Source: an uncultured bacterium (GTDB lineage Bacteria > UBP15 > UBA6099). Taken from it: a stretch of DNA of 64,000 nucleotides. The notes below the pieces were generated by a model that worked only from the letters and a program-made list of their open reading frames with translations, did no database searches and was not told where the DNA came from. Positions within the stretch are counted from its first letter, which is position 1. Each line of letters opens with the position of its first letter. This document shows positions 54,604 to 64,000 of this stretch, piece by piece. A program made the translations under genes and the position numbers. The stretch is taken from assembly GCA_964409645.1 (NCBI GenBank), contig CAYPEK010000008.1, positions 2,355-66,354 of the forward strand, written 5' to 3'.

Positions 54604-57422
54604 TCCGCCCTCCGTTTGCCCGCCGTGCCGGTTTTGCGCATCAGCGACTCAGCTTCGCGCGCCACCGGGCCGTCGTAGTCGATTTTACGCGCCCACGTGA
54701 TCTGCCGCTCCGCGTCCTCGCGGCGGCCGAGTTTAAGGTCCGCCTTCGCCAGCCACAGATGGTATCTCGGATTCAGTCCGTAATATTCGATCGCGCGTTT
54801 GAAGTCGCGCGCCGCGGCTTTCGTGCGGCCTTTCGACATCTCGACGCGGCCTTTGGCGTAGTAATATTCGTCCGACGTTTTTGTACGGGTGAACACGCCT
54901 TTCGCCTCGGTGTATCCCCTCTCGGCGGCTTTGTAATCGCCGACCTCCGCCGCGCAGACGGCTTCCCGCAGCAGGTCCGCGTCCGGCACTTTACGGTCGA
55001 GTAGGCCGTGATCCGCGGAACCCGAGTTAAGTATGTGGTACTGCGTGAGCGAATTCATGAAATCTCCGGTGTTGAAGTAGTACGACGCGAGCCACTTCCT
55101 CGCCATTGTGTTTTCCGGTTCGAGATAGGCTATTTCCTTATACGCTTCGAGCAGCATTTTTCTGCCGGCCGCTGTTTTGTTGTAGATCGCGCCCGTGATT
55201 ATTTTGTAATGCGACGGGTCGAGCGATTTGCTTTTCAGCGCCGCCGCCAGCGCGTTCCTGTACGCCGCAGCTTTTTCCGCCGCGCCCGGCGACGCGAGGA
55301 AAAGGCTGTACTCGTCACGGCCGGAGTATCTGTCGATATCAGCCGCCCATCCGGCCGAAAATCTTTCCGTGTCTATCTTCGCAAGCGTTATTCCCGCCAT
55401 GTATCTTGCGTATCGGTTGGCGTACGTGCCGTCGGAGGCGAAGTAGTATCTGAGCGCCTGAACGTAATCGTCATAGTTAAAATAGTGGTCGCCGAGTGCG
55501 GACAGCGTGCGCGCCTTGGTTTCCGCGTCGATTTTCACAGGGTCCAGACCGAGCGAATCCAGTTTCGCATTGGCATCTTTTTCCGGAAGAATGATTAGCA
55601 GTTCGCGGCCGCCTCCGGCCCAGCGTTTGCCGAGTTCGCGGTATGTCATTTCGGATATGATCTCGCCGCGCAGTTCGTGCCGGCGCTTGTCAACGTCTTT
55701 CTTCAGCGCCGCAGCGCTCAACTCCTTATTCTGGTAAACAATATTTTTTATTTCACCCTCGGTTAGTGTCTTCTTGTCCTTTTTGCCTTCCCTGCTGAAG
55801 TTGTACAGGATGAACATGCCCCGCCGGTCGTCGTATCCGGCGACGTTCATGTATCTCACTTTTCCGGTTTCATTTCTGCGCGCGCTGTATGACGAATCGT
55901 ATTCGTCGTCGTCTTCATCATCGTAATTATCGTCATCCTCGTCGTCGTCGAACAGGCCTGCAGATGTTGTTTTCAGCGGGAGTTCCTTAAGGCCTATCGT
56001 GGCGGTTATGCCGGAGCTGATGAGCTTCTTCAGAAGCTTTTCGTTTCCGCTGGTTGCGACTACGCGGTAACCGAGGAATCCGATGTTGGCGGCGGCGGCG
56101 GCGCAGTTGTCGATCGACGCCAGATTTATCACGCGCTTTTCCTTCGAGAGCTTCAGCAGCCGCTGCTTGAGCGTTTTTTCGTCTGTTCCCTTCTCGATGT
56201 GTTGAACCGCCGTCACGAGGGAGAGCCAATTAGCGTTCAGGTAATCTTCCCTGAGAACGGGCAGCAGGTCTTTCGTGTATTCTGTTTTCCCTTTTCCGGT
56301 CCGCATCCTTGAAAGAATGTATCGCGCGTTCAGGACAGCTTCCCGCGTCCGGAGCGTGTATTTTGCGTCAGCGATGCGTGCGTAATCCTTTTCCGCGCCG
56401 TCGATGTCGCCCGTCCGGTAGCGTTGCGAAGCGCGCGCGGCGAGCACATCGAGCGATTCAGGCGAATCGGCGAATCGCTGAATTATCAGCGTGTTCCAGA
56501 ACGCCGCTTTGCGGAGCCCGGCCGTGTCGTCTTTCGCTCCGTATTTTTCCGCTTCGAGATTGCAGATCGGCAGGTAGTCCTGAGATATCAGAGTTACGTT
56601 CCAGAAGACGAGCAGACTCGGCGCCAGAACCAGCAGGAGACGCTTGAAGAAGCCTTTCACCGTCTCTTCGTTAGCCATGAAAAGCGCAAACACCGCGGCG
56701 GGTCCGGCGAGTAACGTAAGGCCGATAATGTCCGAGGCGATGTTCGAGCCGAAATCCACTGTCGAGAATTTCGCCAGCCACACGCCGATCGTTATCATCG
56801 CGGGTATGGCTGCCAGCGGGCTGAGGTATAAGTAATATATGTTGGTGATCCGCAGTGATCCTTTTTTACGGCTCCAGTACAACCCGACGATGAAGGCCGG
56901 GGCGAACGCCCACAGTCCTTGGAGGACGGCCGAGTACATCCCATTCATTTTCAGAACGGCTTCGAAATCGCGTGAGTAATAAGACGCGATCATAATCGGG
57001 ATCGTCTGGCAGTAGATCAGCAGTCCGATGAAGAAGGCGTCGAACAAGCTGTTTTTCCACGGCGCTTTTTCGGCGGCGGGAGTCCAGAAAACAAACCGGG
57101 GCTGCCCGCTGAGCACGCCCGACTGGATTTTGTGGATCAGCAGCCCGGCGGCGATGTTTGCCGCGATGTGAAATATGATCGCCCACCACATCGGAAGTGG
57201 CAGCAGAACATAGACAACCGTATAGAGCGCGAGGCCGATCAGCGACACGGCGAACGATAGCGCCGCGAGTCCTTTGCGCCGCGCCATGTAGAACAGCACA
57301 CCGCACACATACAGCGTCGCGCCGAACGACATCAGTACGGAAATAAACAGAACCTGCGCTAGCGTCAGCCTGTAGGATTTGCCGTAAGAAGCCGTTTCTG
57401 TGTCTGCAATCTGTCCGCTCAA
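54600..57422 (-). CDS. Multi-TM + TPR + degenerate C39-like domain (predicted inactive paralog)
   Basis: N-terminus alignable to 52096-54603; RYMNVAGYDDRRGMFILYN and KRWAGGGRELLIILP echo the C39 strands without the catalytic residues; Asp/Glu tract; C-terminal TPRs; TTG start; ATGA overlap. Confidence 0.75.
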   Translation of the reverse strand: MSGQIADTETASYGKSYRLTLAQVLFISVLMSFGATLYVCGVLFYMARRKGLAALSFAVSLIGLALYTVVYVLLPLPMWWAIIFHIAANIAAGLLIHKIQSGVLSGQPRFVFWTPAAEKAPWKNSLFDAFFIGLLIYCQTIPIMIASYYSRDFEAVLKMNGMYSAVLQGLWAFAPAFIVGLYWSRKKGSLRITNIYYLYLSPLAAIPAMITIGVWLAKFSTVDFGSNIASDIIGLTLLAGPAAVFALFMANEETVKGFFKRLLLVLAPSLLVFWNVTLISQDYLPICNLEAEKYGAKDDTAGLRKAAFWNTLIIQRFADSPESLDVLAARASQRYRTGDIDGAEKDYARIADAKYTLRTREAVLNARYILSRMRTGKGKTEYTKDLLPVLREDYLNANWLSLVTAVQHIEKGTDEKTLKQRLLKLSKEKRVINLASIDNCAAAAANIGFLGYRVVATSGNEKLLKKLISSGITATIGLKELPLKTTSAGLFDDDEDDDNYDDEDDDEYDSSYSARRNETGKVRYMNVAGYDDRRGMFILYNFSREGKKDKKTLTEGEIKNIVYQNKELSAAALKKDVDKRRHELRGEIISEMTYRELGKRWAGGGRELLIILPEKDANAKLDSLGLDPVKIDAETKARTLSALGDHYFNYDDYVQALRYYFASDGTYANRYARYMAGITLAKIDTERFSAGWAADIDRYSGRDEYSLFLASPGAAEKAAAYRNALAAALKSKSLDPSHYKIITGAIYNKTAAGRKMLLEAYKEIAYLEPENTMARKWLASYYFNTGDFMNSLTQYHILNSGSADHGLLDRKVPDADLLREAVCAAEVGDYKAAERGYTEAKGVFTRTKTSDEYYYAKGRVEMSKGRTKAAARDFKRAIEYYGLNPRYHLWLAKADLKLGRREDAERQITWARKIDYDGPVAREAESLMRKTGTAGKRRAE

Positions 57423-57586
57423 GTTGTTTTTCTCAAGGGCTCTCTATTTGAAAGATAATCAATTATATCCAATCGCCGGAGGGGTTGCAATTGAGCTAAA
57501 TCAAATTATTTCGCGTCCCGTGGGTCCGTCGGCTTATAATATAAGGATATAAAAACAGAGTGGCTGAGGAAATCAGGAGGCAGCGG

Positions 57587-58411
57587 ATGAAAAAGGCGGT
57601 GATTTTTGCGGCGGCGGTTCTTGCGGCGGTTTTGGTTTGCGCGGGTGCGTGCGCGGAGGATGTGCCGAAATCGTGGCCTGTGCTTTATCTGTTCGCGCAT
57701 CAGGACGACGAGCTCGGAGCGGTCGCGAAGATCGCGACGGACGTGCGCGCGGGCAGAAATGTGTTCGTTGTGTGGGTGACGGACGGCGCGGGCACGGCGG
57801 CGAAGGATGTCCGCGAGAAGGAATCGCGAGCGGCGATGGCGCTGATCGGCGTCCCGGACGGCAATCTTTTCTTTCTCGGCTATCCGGACAGGTATTCCGT
57901 CAAGCACATCGAGGAGGCCTACAAACAGGTTCTCGATATCGTGAACGCAAACGGTGTTGCGGAGATAACGACGGATGCCTACGAGGGCGGCAGCGTAGAT
58001 CACGATGTAACCTCGCTGATCGGCGCTTACGTTTCAAAGAATTCGAAGCCGCGGCCGGCCCATTACGAAATCCCGCTCTACAACATGTATAAAAACGTTT
58101 ACAGACTCGGAAAATTTCTGCCGTTCCCCGGCGCGGAGACGCTCTCGACGCCGGTGGATGCCGGGATGGCCGACCTTAAAGTGAAGGTGCTCGAAATGTA
58201 TCCGAGTCAGGCGGCGATTGTGAACACGATGAAGGCGATGTCGAGCCGGAAGGAACTGATGAAGAACGGCGAACTGTATCGCGTTTCGCCCGCCTACGAC
58301 TATATGAAACGCCCGTCGGATGAGACGCTCAATTACGAGACTAACACTCGCAATCCGATCACGTTCAAGGACTGGCAGGACGCGGTTTCGGCGTTTACAA
58401 AAAAGTATTGA
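57587..58411 (+). CDS. Exported PIG-L/LmbE family deacetylase
   Basis: Signal peptide; AHQDDE, VTDG, REKES..AM and VDHD motifs. Confidence 0.88.
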   Translation: MKKAVIFAAAVLAAVLVCAGACAEDVPKSWPVLYLFAHQDDELGAVAKIATDVRAGRNVFVVWVTDGAGTAAKDVREKESRAAMALIGVPDGNLFFLGYPDRYSVKHIEEAYKQVLDIVNANGVAEITTDAYEGGSVDHDVTSLIGAYVSKNSKPRPAHYEIPLYNMYKNVYRLGKFLPFPGAETLSTPVDAGMADLKVKVLEMYPSQAAIVNTMKAMSSRKELMKNGELYRVSPAYDYMKRPSDETLNYETNTRNPITFKDWQDAVSAFTKKY

Positions 58412-60489
58412 TGGGATTTTCGATGAAAAGATATGTCGGTTTTTTGATAATCCTTTTGCTGCTCTGCGGCGCGGCGCACGCGGCGGCGGTCGAGGACGGC
58501 CGCTATTCGGCGGAGTTGCTTCCCGACAAATCGGTGTCGCTGAGAGCGGACGGCCGCGAGTTGTTCCGGCTGAGCGGTGTTGATTCGATGTCGTTCAACG
58601 CGGACGTGACGATGCAGTTCGGGTTCTTCAAGTTCAAAAAGAAGGGTATTAAGGCCGCGCCGATGGAGTTCGCGGCGGGCAATGAAGGGATCGATCTCGT
58701 TCTCGGCGGCAAACGTGTCGGCGCGGTTACGCTGAAGACGACGACGATGGGCAGCATGCGCGTAACGATTGCTTACGACGGACCGACACAAGATGGCGAG
58801 GGCGCGCTGAGGCTGCGTTTCGCGTGCGCGCCGGACGACCGCTTCTGGGGCTTCGGCGAGCAGTATAATTATGTTGACATGCGGGGACAGACGGTCCCGA
58901 TATGGGTGCAGGAGGAGGGCGTCGGCAGAACCAAGACCAATAGCTATCCGCCGAGGGGCGGTTTTACGGACTCCTATTTCCCGATGCCGTATTTCATGGA
59001 CCCTGTGAAGGGGAAGGGGCTGCTTGTCGAGAACAAGGAGTATGCGGTGTTCAACCTTTGCACGAAGCGGCAGGATGCGTGGGACGTCGAGGTGTGGAAC
59101 AAGCGGCGCGTGTCGCTGCTGACCTTTCCGGGGCCGAAGCCGATTGATGTCATCGAGCAACTCACCGCCGAGGTAGGCAGGCCGAAAATGCCGCCCGCGG
59201 ATTGGGTGTTCGAGGGTGTGTGGCTCGGCGCGCAGCGCGGTTGGGATGTTGTGGATCAGCGCGTGGACACCGCGCTGAAGGCGGGCATCCCGGTGTCGGC
59301 GGTGTGGGTGCAGGACTGGGTAGGCGAGCGCCATTTCGGGGTCGGCAATTACGGCGTGAAGTACCATTGGGCGTGGGACAGCGAGCTTTATCCGGATATG
59401 CGCAAGCGCATCCGCACACTCGAAAACAGGGGTGTCCGATTCCTCGGATATTTCAACCCGTTTATTGCCGAGGACTACGATCAGTTTGGCGAAGCGAAAC
59501 AGAAAGGCTACCTTGTCAAGAAGAAAAACGGCGAGCCGTATGTGTTCCAGATTATCACGTTCAAGGGCGGCCTGCTGGACGTGACGAACCCGGATGCGGT
59601 GGCGTGGTTTAAGACTTTCGCACGGACGGCGGTGGAGATGGGGATGTACGGCTGGATGTGCGATTTCGGAGAGTGGCTGCCGTACGACGCGGTAATGTAT
59701 GACGGCATAACCGGCGCCGCCGCGCACAACACTTACGCGACGACGTGGCACAGGATAAACCGCGAGGTGCTCGAAGAGCGATACGTGGGCGGCGAATATG
59801 CGTTGCTGACCCGCTCCGGATATACGCGCGAGCAGGGCGTCGCGCAGATCGTCTGGGCGGGCGATCAGGAGCAGGACTGGAAGGACGAGGACGGGCTGCC
59901 GACGGTTGTGACGGCGGCGCTGACGATCGGACTCGCGGGCGTGCCTTATTTCACGACGGACATTGCCGGATTCTCAGGCGGCCCAAGCACGAAGGAATTG
60001 TTCATGCGCTGGACGGAGTTAGGGGCGTTCATGCCGGTGATGCGCACGCATGACGGTTTGAAGAAATTCGAGAATCACCGTTTCGACTCCGATGCCGAAA
60101 CACTCGCGCATTTCACTAAGATGGCGAAAATCCACGCCGCGCTGCTGCCGTATCTTAAGAAGCTGTCTGCGGATGCCGTGCGGTACGGACTGCCGATGAT
60201 CCGTCATACGGTGCTTGTCGATTCGGAATGGGAGGGTGCGCTCGAAGCGAACCGGCAGTGGATGCTCGGGCCGGATGTGCTGTTCGCGCCGGTGGTGAAG
60301 GAGGGTGCGGTGAATGTCGAGGTGTCGTTTCCGGAGGGCGAGTGGGAGCACCTGCTTACGGGCGAGAGATTCAAAGGTCGCCAAAAGGCAACCGTTTCCG
60401 CGCCGATAGGGACGCCCGCGGTTTTCGTCCGAGTGGGCAAGCTCGATGCGATTGCCCAAAAAACGCGGGAAATCTACAACGCTAAATAA
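58411..60489 (+). CDS. Exported GH31 alpha-glycosidase, YihQ-like clade
   Basis: TGATG coupling to PIG-L; GFGEQY, WVQDW, GWMCDFGE (nucleophile), WAGDQ (acid/base) and MRTHDG motifs. Confidence 0.88.
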   Translation: MGFSMKRYVGFLIILLLLCGAAHAAAVEDGRYSAELLPDKSVSLRADGRELFRLSGVDSMSFNADVTMQFGFFKFKKKGIKAAPMEFAAGNEGIDLVLGGKRVGAVTLKTTTMGSMRVTIAYDGPTQDGEGALRLRFACAPDDRFWGFGEQYNYVDMRGQTVPIWVQEEGVGRTKTNSYPPRGGFTDSYFPMPYFMDPVKGKGLLVENKEYAVFNLCTKRQDAWDVEVWNKRRVSLLTFPGPKPIDVIEQLTAEVGRPKMPPADWVFEGVWLGAQRGWDVVDQRVDTALKAGIPVSAVWVQDWVGERHFGVGNYGVKYHWAWDSELYPDMRKRIRTLENRGVRFLGYFNPFIAEDYDQFGEAKQKGYLVKKKNGEPYVFQIITFKGGLLDVTNPDAVAWFKTFARTAVEMGMYGWMCDFGEWLPYDAVMYDGITGAAAHNTYATTWHRINREVLEERYVGGEYALLTRSGYTREQGVAQIVWAGDQEQDWKDEDGLPTVVTAALTIGLAGVPYFTTDIAGFSGGPSTKELFMRWTELGAFMPVMRTHDGLKKFENHRFDSDAETLAHFTKMAKIHAALLPYLKKLSADAVRYGLPMIRHTVLVDSEWEGALEANRQWMLGPDVLFAPVVKEGAVNVEVSFPEGEWEHLLTGERFKGRQKATVSAPIGTPAVFVRVGKLDAIAQKTREIYNAK

Positions 60490-60718
60490 ATGATTTGCTT
60501 TTCTCCGTGTCTCCGTGCTCTCTGTGTTTATTATTAATCTGCCGACTCTTACCGATAGACAGACAGAATTACCACAAATATAATTACTGCCACTGCGTTC
60601 GTTTGCTCGCTTTAGACCGGATTTTTCAAAAGAAAAATCCGGGAAATCGAAGAAAGGGCGATCTACTGCGTTGAATCATCAAGAGCGAATGTGCCACTTG
60701 TTTGATGGTGCGACACAC

Positions 60719-60756
60719 GGCGGGGTGCGGCCAGCCGAGCGGCGACCCCACCCTAC
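60719..60756 (-). repeat. GTAG-type REP family B copy
   Basis: Reverse complement GTAGGGTGGGGTCGCCGCTCGGCTGGCCGCACCCCGCC. Confidence 0.75.
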
Positions 60757-60867
60757 AAAAAAGCGTTCTCACTCGATTCGCCTTGTATCTCATCTCTTTT
60801 TTCGATTTCTACCTGCACTGGTTAATAATGCAGATTAGGTAATATAAAACACATTTCGGAGGGCGGG

Positions 60868-62676
60868 ATGCTTCTAAAATCGATTGACTGGACGATTATC
60901 GGTGCCTACTTCGTTGTCATGCTGATCATCGGAATCTACGCGACCCGAAGGGCGAGCAAGAGCGCCACAGACTTCTTTCTTTCGGGGAGAACGATGCCGT
61001 GGTGGCTGCTCGGATTCTCGATGGTTGCCACGACTTTCTCGACAGACACGCCGAATCTCGTGACGGACATCGTCCGCCAGAACGGCGTCTCAGGCAACTG
61101 GGTTTGGTGGGCGTTTCTTCTGACCGGCATGCTTACAGTTTTCGTTTACGCGAAGCTGTGGCGGCGCTCGAACGTGGTGACGGACGTCGAATTCTACGAA
61201 ATCCGCTACAGCGGCAAACCGGCAGCGTTTCTGCGCGGGTTCCGCGCCATATACCTCGGAGTTTTCTTCAACATAATGATAATGGCGACGGTTTCGCTGG
61301 CTGCCATCAAGATAGGCGGCGTGATGCTCAACCTGAACCCGGTGCAATCGATCCTGATCGCTTCGGTCATCACCGCGCTGTACAGCGCGCTCGGCGGTCT
61401 GCTCGGTGTTCTGCTGACGGATTTTGTTCAGTTTCTCATCGCGATGGCCGGCGCGATCGGCGCGGCGTACGTCGCGGTGCACCACCCGCAGATCGGCAGC
61501 CTGCACACACTGCTCACGCACCCCGCGGTCGTGGGCAAACTCAGCCTCTTCCCGGCGTTCGACATGAGCACGAAGGAAAGCGCGGGTCTGCTGATCTCGG
61601 TGCTGATTATCCCGATCGCCGTGCAGTGGTGGAGCGTGTGGTATCCCGGCGCGGAACCGGGCGGCGGCGGCTATCTCGTCCAGCGCATGCTCGCCGCGAA
61701 GAGCGAACGCGACGCGACCGGCGCGACTCTGTTTTTCAATATCATGCACTACGGGCTGCGCCCGTGGCCGTGGATCATCGTCGCGCTTTGCTCGATCATC
61801 GTGTTCCCGGACCTCGCTTCGATTCAGCACGCGTTCCCGAATGTCAATCCGCACATCGTCAGGAACGACCTTGCGTATCCGGCGATGCTCTCGTTCCTCC
61901 CGGCGGGCATGCTCGGCATTGTCGTCGCATCGCTCATCGCCGCGTATATGTCAACGATCTCGACGCACCTCAATTGGGGCTCGTCGTACATAGTCAACGA
62001 TTTCTACAAACGGTTCGTCAACCCGCAAGCGTCTGAAAAAACACTCGTCACGGTCGGCCGCATATCGACCGTGCTCATGATGGCGTGCGCGGCGGTTGTC
62101 GCCCTCTGGCTGCAGAACGCGTTTCAGGCGTTTCAGATTCTGCTCCAGATCGGCGCGGGCACCGGGCTGCTTTTTATCCTCAGGTGGTTCTGGTGGCGCA
62201 TCAACGCCGCGAGCGAGATCACCGCGATGATCGTTTCATTCCTCCTCGCGCTCTACTTCCAGTTCTGGCACGCGAAGCTGATGCCGGGTGTGCCGCTCGA
62301 AGACTGGCAGAAACTGATCATCGGCGTTGCGATCACGACGGTATGCTGGGTGATCGTGACGATGATCGTGAAGCCGACGGACAAGAAAACGCTCCGCAGC
62401 TTCTGCAATCTCGTCAACCCGGGCGGGCCCGGCTGGAAGAAAGTTTTCGACGAAGCCGAAGCCGACAAAGAACCGATCAAACCCGCAGCGAAAGGCAGCA
62501 ATCTGCCGCTTGGAATTCTCTGCATGCTGGTCGGCACAGTCGCCGTTTACTCGGCGCTGTTCGCCGTCGGGTTCTGGATATACTCGAATACTGTTCCGGC
62601 AATCATCCTGTCGGTGATCGCAGTCGCGTCTGGCATATTCCTTATCTCGTTCTGGGATAAGGTCAACGAACAATAA
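60868..62676 (+). CDS. Sodium:solute symporter (SSS) family transporter
   Basis: DFFLSGRTMPWWLLGFSMVATTFS, YLVQRMLAAKSE and AAYMSTISTHLNWGSSY motifs; about 14 TM segments. Confidence 0.93.
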   Translation: MLLKSIDWTIIGAYFVVMLIIGIYATRRASKSATDFFLSGRTMPWWLLGFSMVATTFSTDTPNLVTDIVRQNGVSGNWVWWAFLLTGMLTVFVYAKLWRRSNVVTDVEFYEIRYSGKPAAFLRGFRAIYLGVFFNIMIMATVSLAAIKIGGVMLNLNPVQSILIASVITALYSALGGLLGVLLTDFVQFLIAMAGAIGAAYVAVHHPQIGSLHTLLTHPAVVGKLSLFPAFDMSTKESAGLLISVLIIPIAVQWWSVWYPGAEPGGGGYLVQRMLAAKSERDATGATLFFNIMHYGLRPWPWIIVALCSIIVFPDLASIQHAFPNVNPHIVRNDLAYPAMLSFLPAGMLGIVVASLIAAYMSTISTHLNWGSSYIVNDFYKRFVNPQASEKTLVTVGRISTVLMMACAAVVALWLQNAFQAFQILLQIGAGTGLLFILRWFWWRINAASEITAMIVSFLLALYFQFWHAKLMPGVPLEDWQKLIIGVAITTVCWVIVTMIVKPTDKKTLRSFCNLVNPGGPGWKKVFDEAEADKEPIKPAAKGSNLPLGILCMLVGTVAVYSALFAVGFWIYSNTVPAIILSVIAVASGIFLISFWDKVNEQ

Positions 62677-62694
62677 AGATGGTTTCGACATACC

Positions 62695-62718
62695 GTAGGG
62701 GCACGTTGCACGTGCCCC
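62695..62718 (+). repeat. GTAG-type REP family C copy
   Basis: GTAGGGGCACGTTGCACGTGCCCC versus GTAGGGGCACGTTGCAACGTGCCC at 21284. Confidence 0.75.
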
Positions 62719-62749
62719 CGCCGGCGATATTTGATTAGCGAAGCATATA

Positions 62750-63814
62750 ATGCCGAACGGCAACACAATAAAAACCGCGCACGAGTTTCACTTTAAGGAC
62801 TCGAAGGATATGTCGTACGTCCCTGACGGGAGTGTGCATCTCGTTGTCACTTCTCCGCCGTATCCGATGGTGTCAATGTGGGACGAGATGTTTTCGCGCG
62901 ACCCGGCGGTGGAAAGTGCGCTTGCGGGCGGGGACGGCGCCGCCGCGTTCGACCTGATGCACGCGCGGCTCGAACCGGTCTGGCGCGAGTGCTTCCGGGT
63001 GCTCTGCGTGGGCGGAATCGCGTGCATCAACATCGGCGATGCCGTCCGGACGATCGGCGGCTCGTTCAAGCTCTTCAATTCGCATTCGCGGATAGTGCGC
63101 GACTGTCTCGCGATCGGGTTTCAGGCGCTGCCCGCGATAATATGGCGAAAGCAGACGAACGCGCCGAACAAGTTCATGGGTTCCGGCATGCTGCCGCCGG
63201 GCGCGTACGTCACGCTCGAACACGAATACGTCCTGATCTTCCGCAAAGGCGACAAGAGGGCGTTCGGCGCGCGGGAGAAGGCAAACCGGCGCGAATCCGC
63301 GTTCTTCTGGGAGGAGCGGAACACCTGGTTTTCGGACGTGTGGTTCGACATCAAGGGCGCACGCCAGACGCTCGCGGGCGGAGAAGCGCGCGAGCGGAGC
63401 GCGGCATTCCCGTTTGAGTTACCGTACAGGCTCGTCAACATGTTTTCGGTGAAAGGCGATACCGTGCTCGACCCGTTTTCGGGAGCCGGGACGACGTCGC
63501 TGGCGGCGATGTCGTCGCAGCGGAACAGCATCGGGGTGGAGATCGATCCGTCGTTGCGCGAGGTTGTTGAAGAGCAAGTCAAAGAAGTTGTGCGACTCGC
63601 GAACGGCCGTATCTGGGAGCGGCTTGCCGCGCACGACGAGTTTGTCGAAAAACGGAAGCAGCAGGGGAAGCAGCCGTCGAAAACGAACGTATTTCACGGC
63701 GTCCCGTGCATGAGCGCGCAGGAGACGGGCCTTGCCGTCTTCAAATTAATGAGAATTGAAAAAGACAGCACCGATAGGTACGTAGTCACATACGACCCGA
63801 CTTCGTGGAAGTGA
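62750..63814 (+). CDS. Site-specific DNA methyltransferase (N4-C/N6-A, beta class)
   Basis: Motif IV VTSPPY precedes motif I VLDPFSGAGT; IIWRK and HEYVLIFRK motifs. Confidence 0.92.
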   Translation: MPNGNTIKTAHEFHFKDSKDMSYVPDGSVHLVVTSPPYPMVSMWDEMFSRDPAVESALAGGDGAAAFDLMHARLEPVWRECFRVLCVGGIACINIGDAVRTIGGSFKLFNSHSRIVRDCLAIGFQALPAIIWRKQTNAPNKFMGSGMLPPGAYVTLEHEYVLIFRKGDKRAFGAREKANRRESAFFWEERNTWFSDVWFDIKGARQTLAGGEARERSAAFPFELPYRLVNMFSVKGDTVLDPFSGAGTTSLAAMSSQRNSIGVEIDPSLREVVEEQVKEVVRLANGRIWERLAAHDEFVEKRKQQGKQPSKTNVFHGVPCMSAQETGLAVFKLMRIEKDSTDRYVVTYDPTSWK

Positions 63815-64000
63815 TTCCTTATTAAAATATATTGGAACAACGATAGTTCCGATTTCAGAACACGCGGGCGCCGGAGATGAATGTGGCGGCGCAATTGAAG
63901 GCAGTTGTTGATCTATCCTGAGTTTGTGCCTCACTCCCAACGAGACAAGTCATATTACTTATTTTCTGATTTTATTTCTGTTTGTTTCTTAGAATGGAAT

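Noticed and set aside
58411-60489. Sulfoquinovosidase (yihQ) call
   Set aside because: The expected sulfonate-binding Arg/Trp appear replaced and no sulfoglycolysis genes are adjacent.
1-64000. tRNA, rRNA, integrase or transposase genes
   Set aside because: I found no cloverleaf/T-loop context, rRNA signature or recombinase motif by eye. A tRNAscan-SE or Infernal run would be needed to exclude divergent RNAs.

Overview
A 64 kb, mostly GC-rich bacterial chromosome segment with about 43 supportable protein-coding genes. I found no rRNA, tRNA, CRISPR array, integrase or transposase. The organism looks diderm, flagellated and probably anaerobic (lipoproteins, Tat signal, RND pump, flagellin with a sigma28 promoter, a sigma54 promoter, B12 radical SAM, Fe-S aldo/keto reductases). 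Main content: (1) many exported proteins, including a DUF3160 protein near a CapA-family metallophosphoesterase, a 1415-aa Cys-rich FN3/dockerin-like protein, a triple-repeat protein, a stand-alone secreted CHAT-like protease and a 750-aa TPR protein; (2) dispersed carbohydrate genes (FucU/RbsD, Gfo/Idh/MocA, GH38, flippase, GH127, DegT aminotransferase, GH42/GH14-like, PIG-L, GH31, SSS symporter); (3) an orphan flagellin with an inserted non-flagellin domain; (4) an AT-rich insert at about 41.7-44.55 kb carrying a DUF6978 + DUF1828/1829 pair and an aldo/keto reductase bracketed by a duplicated thiolase 3' end; (5) a thiolase plus an HMG-CoA-synthase-like/DUF35 fusion lacking its catalytic Cys; (6) several REP-like repeat families assembled into recurring composites. 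The best candidate for an undescribed system is the coupled paralog pair at 52096-57422: both are multi-TM + TPR + C39-peptidase-like proteins, one with an intact Cys-His-Asp triad and the other with all three positions substituted. All family calls come from motif recognition by eye; no database search was run.
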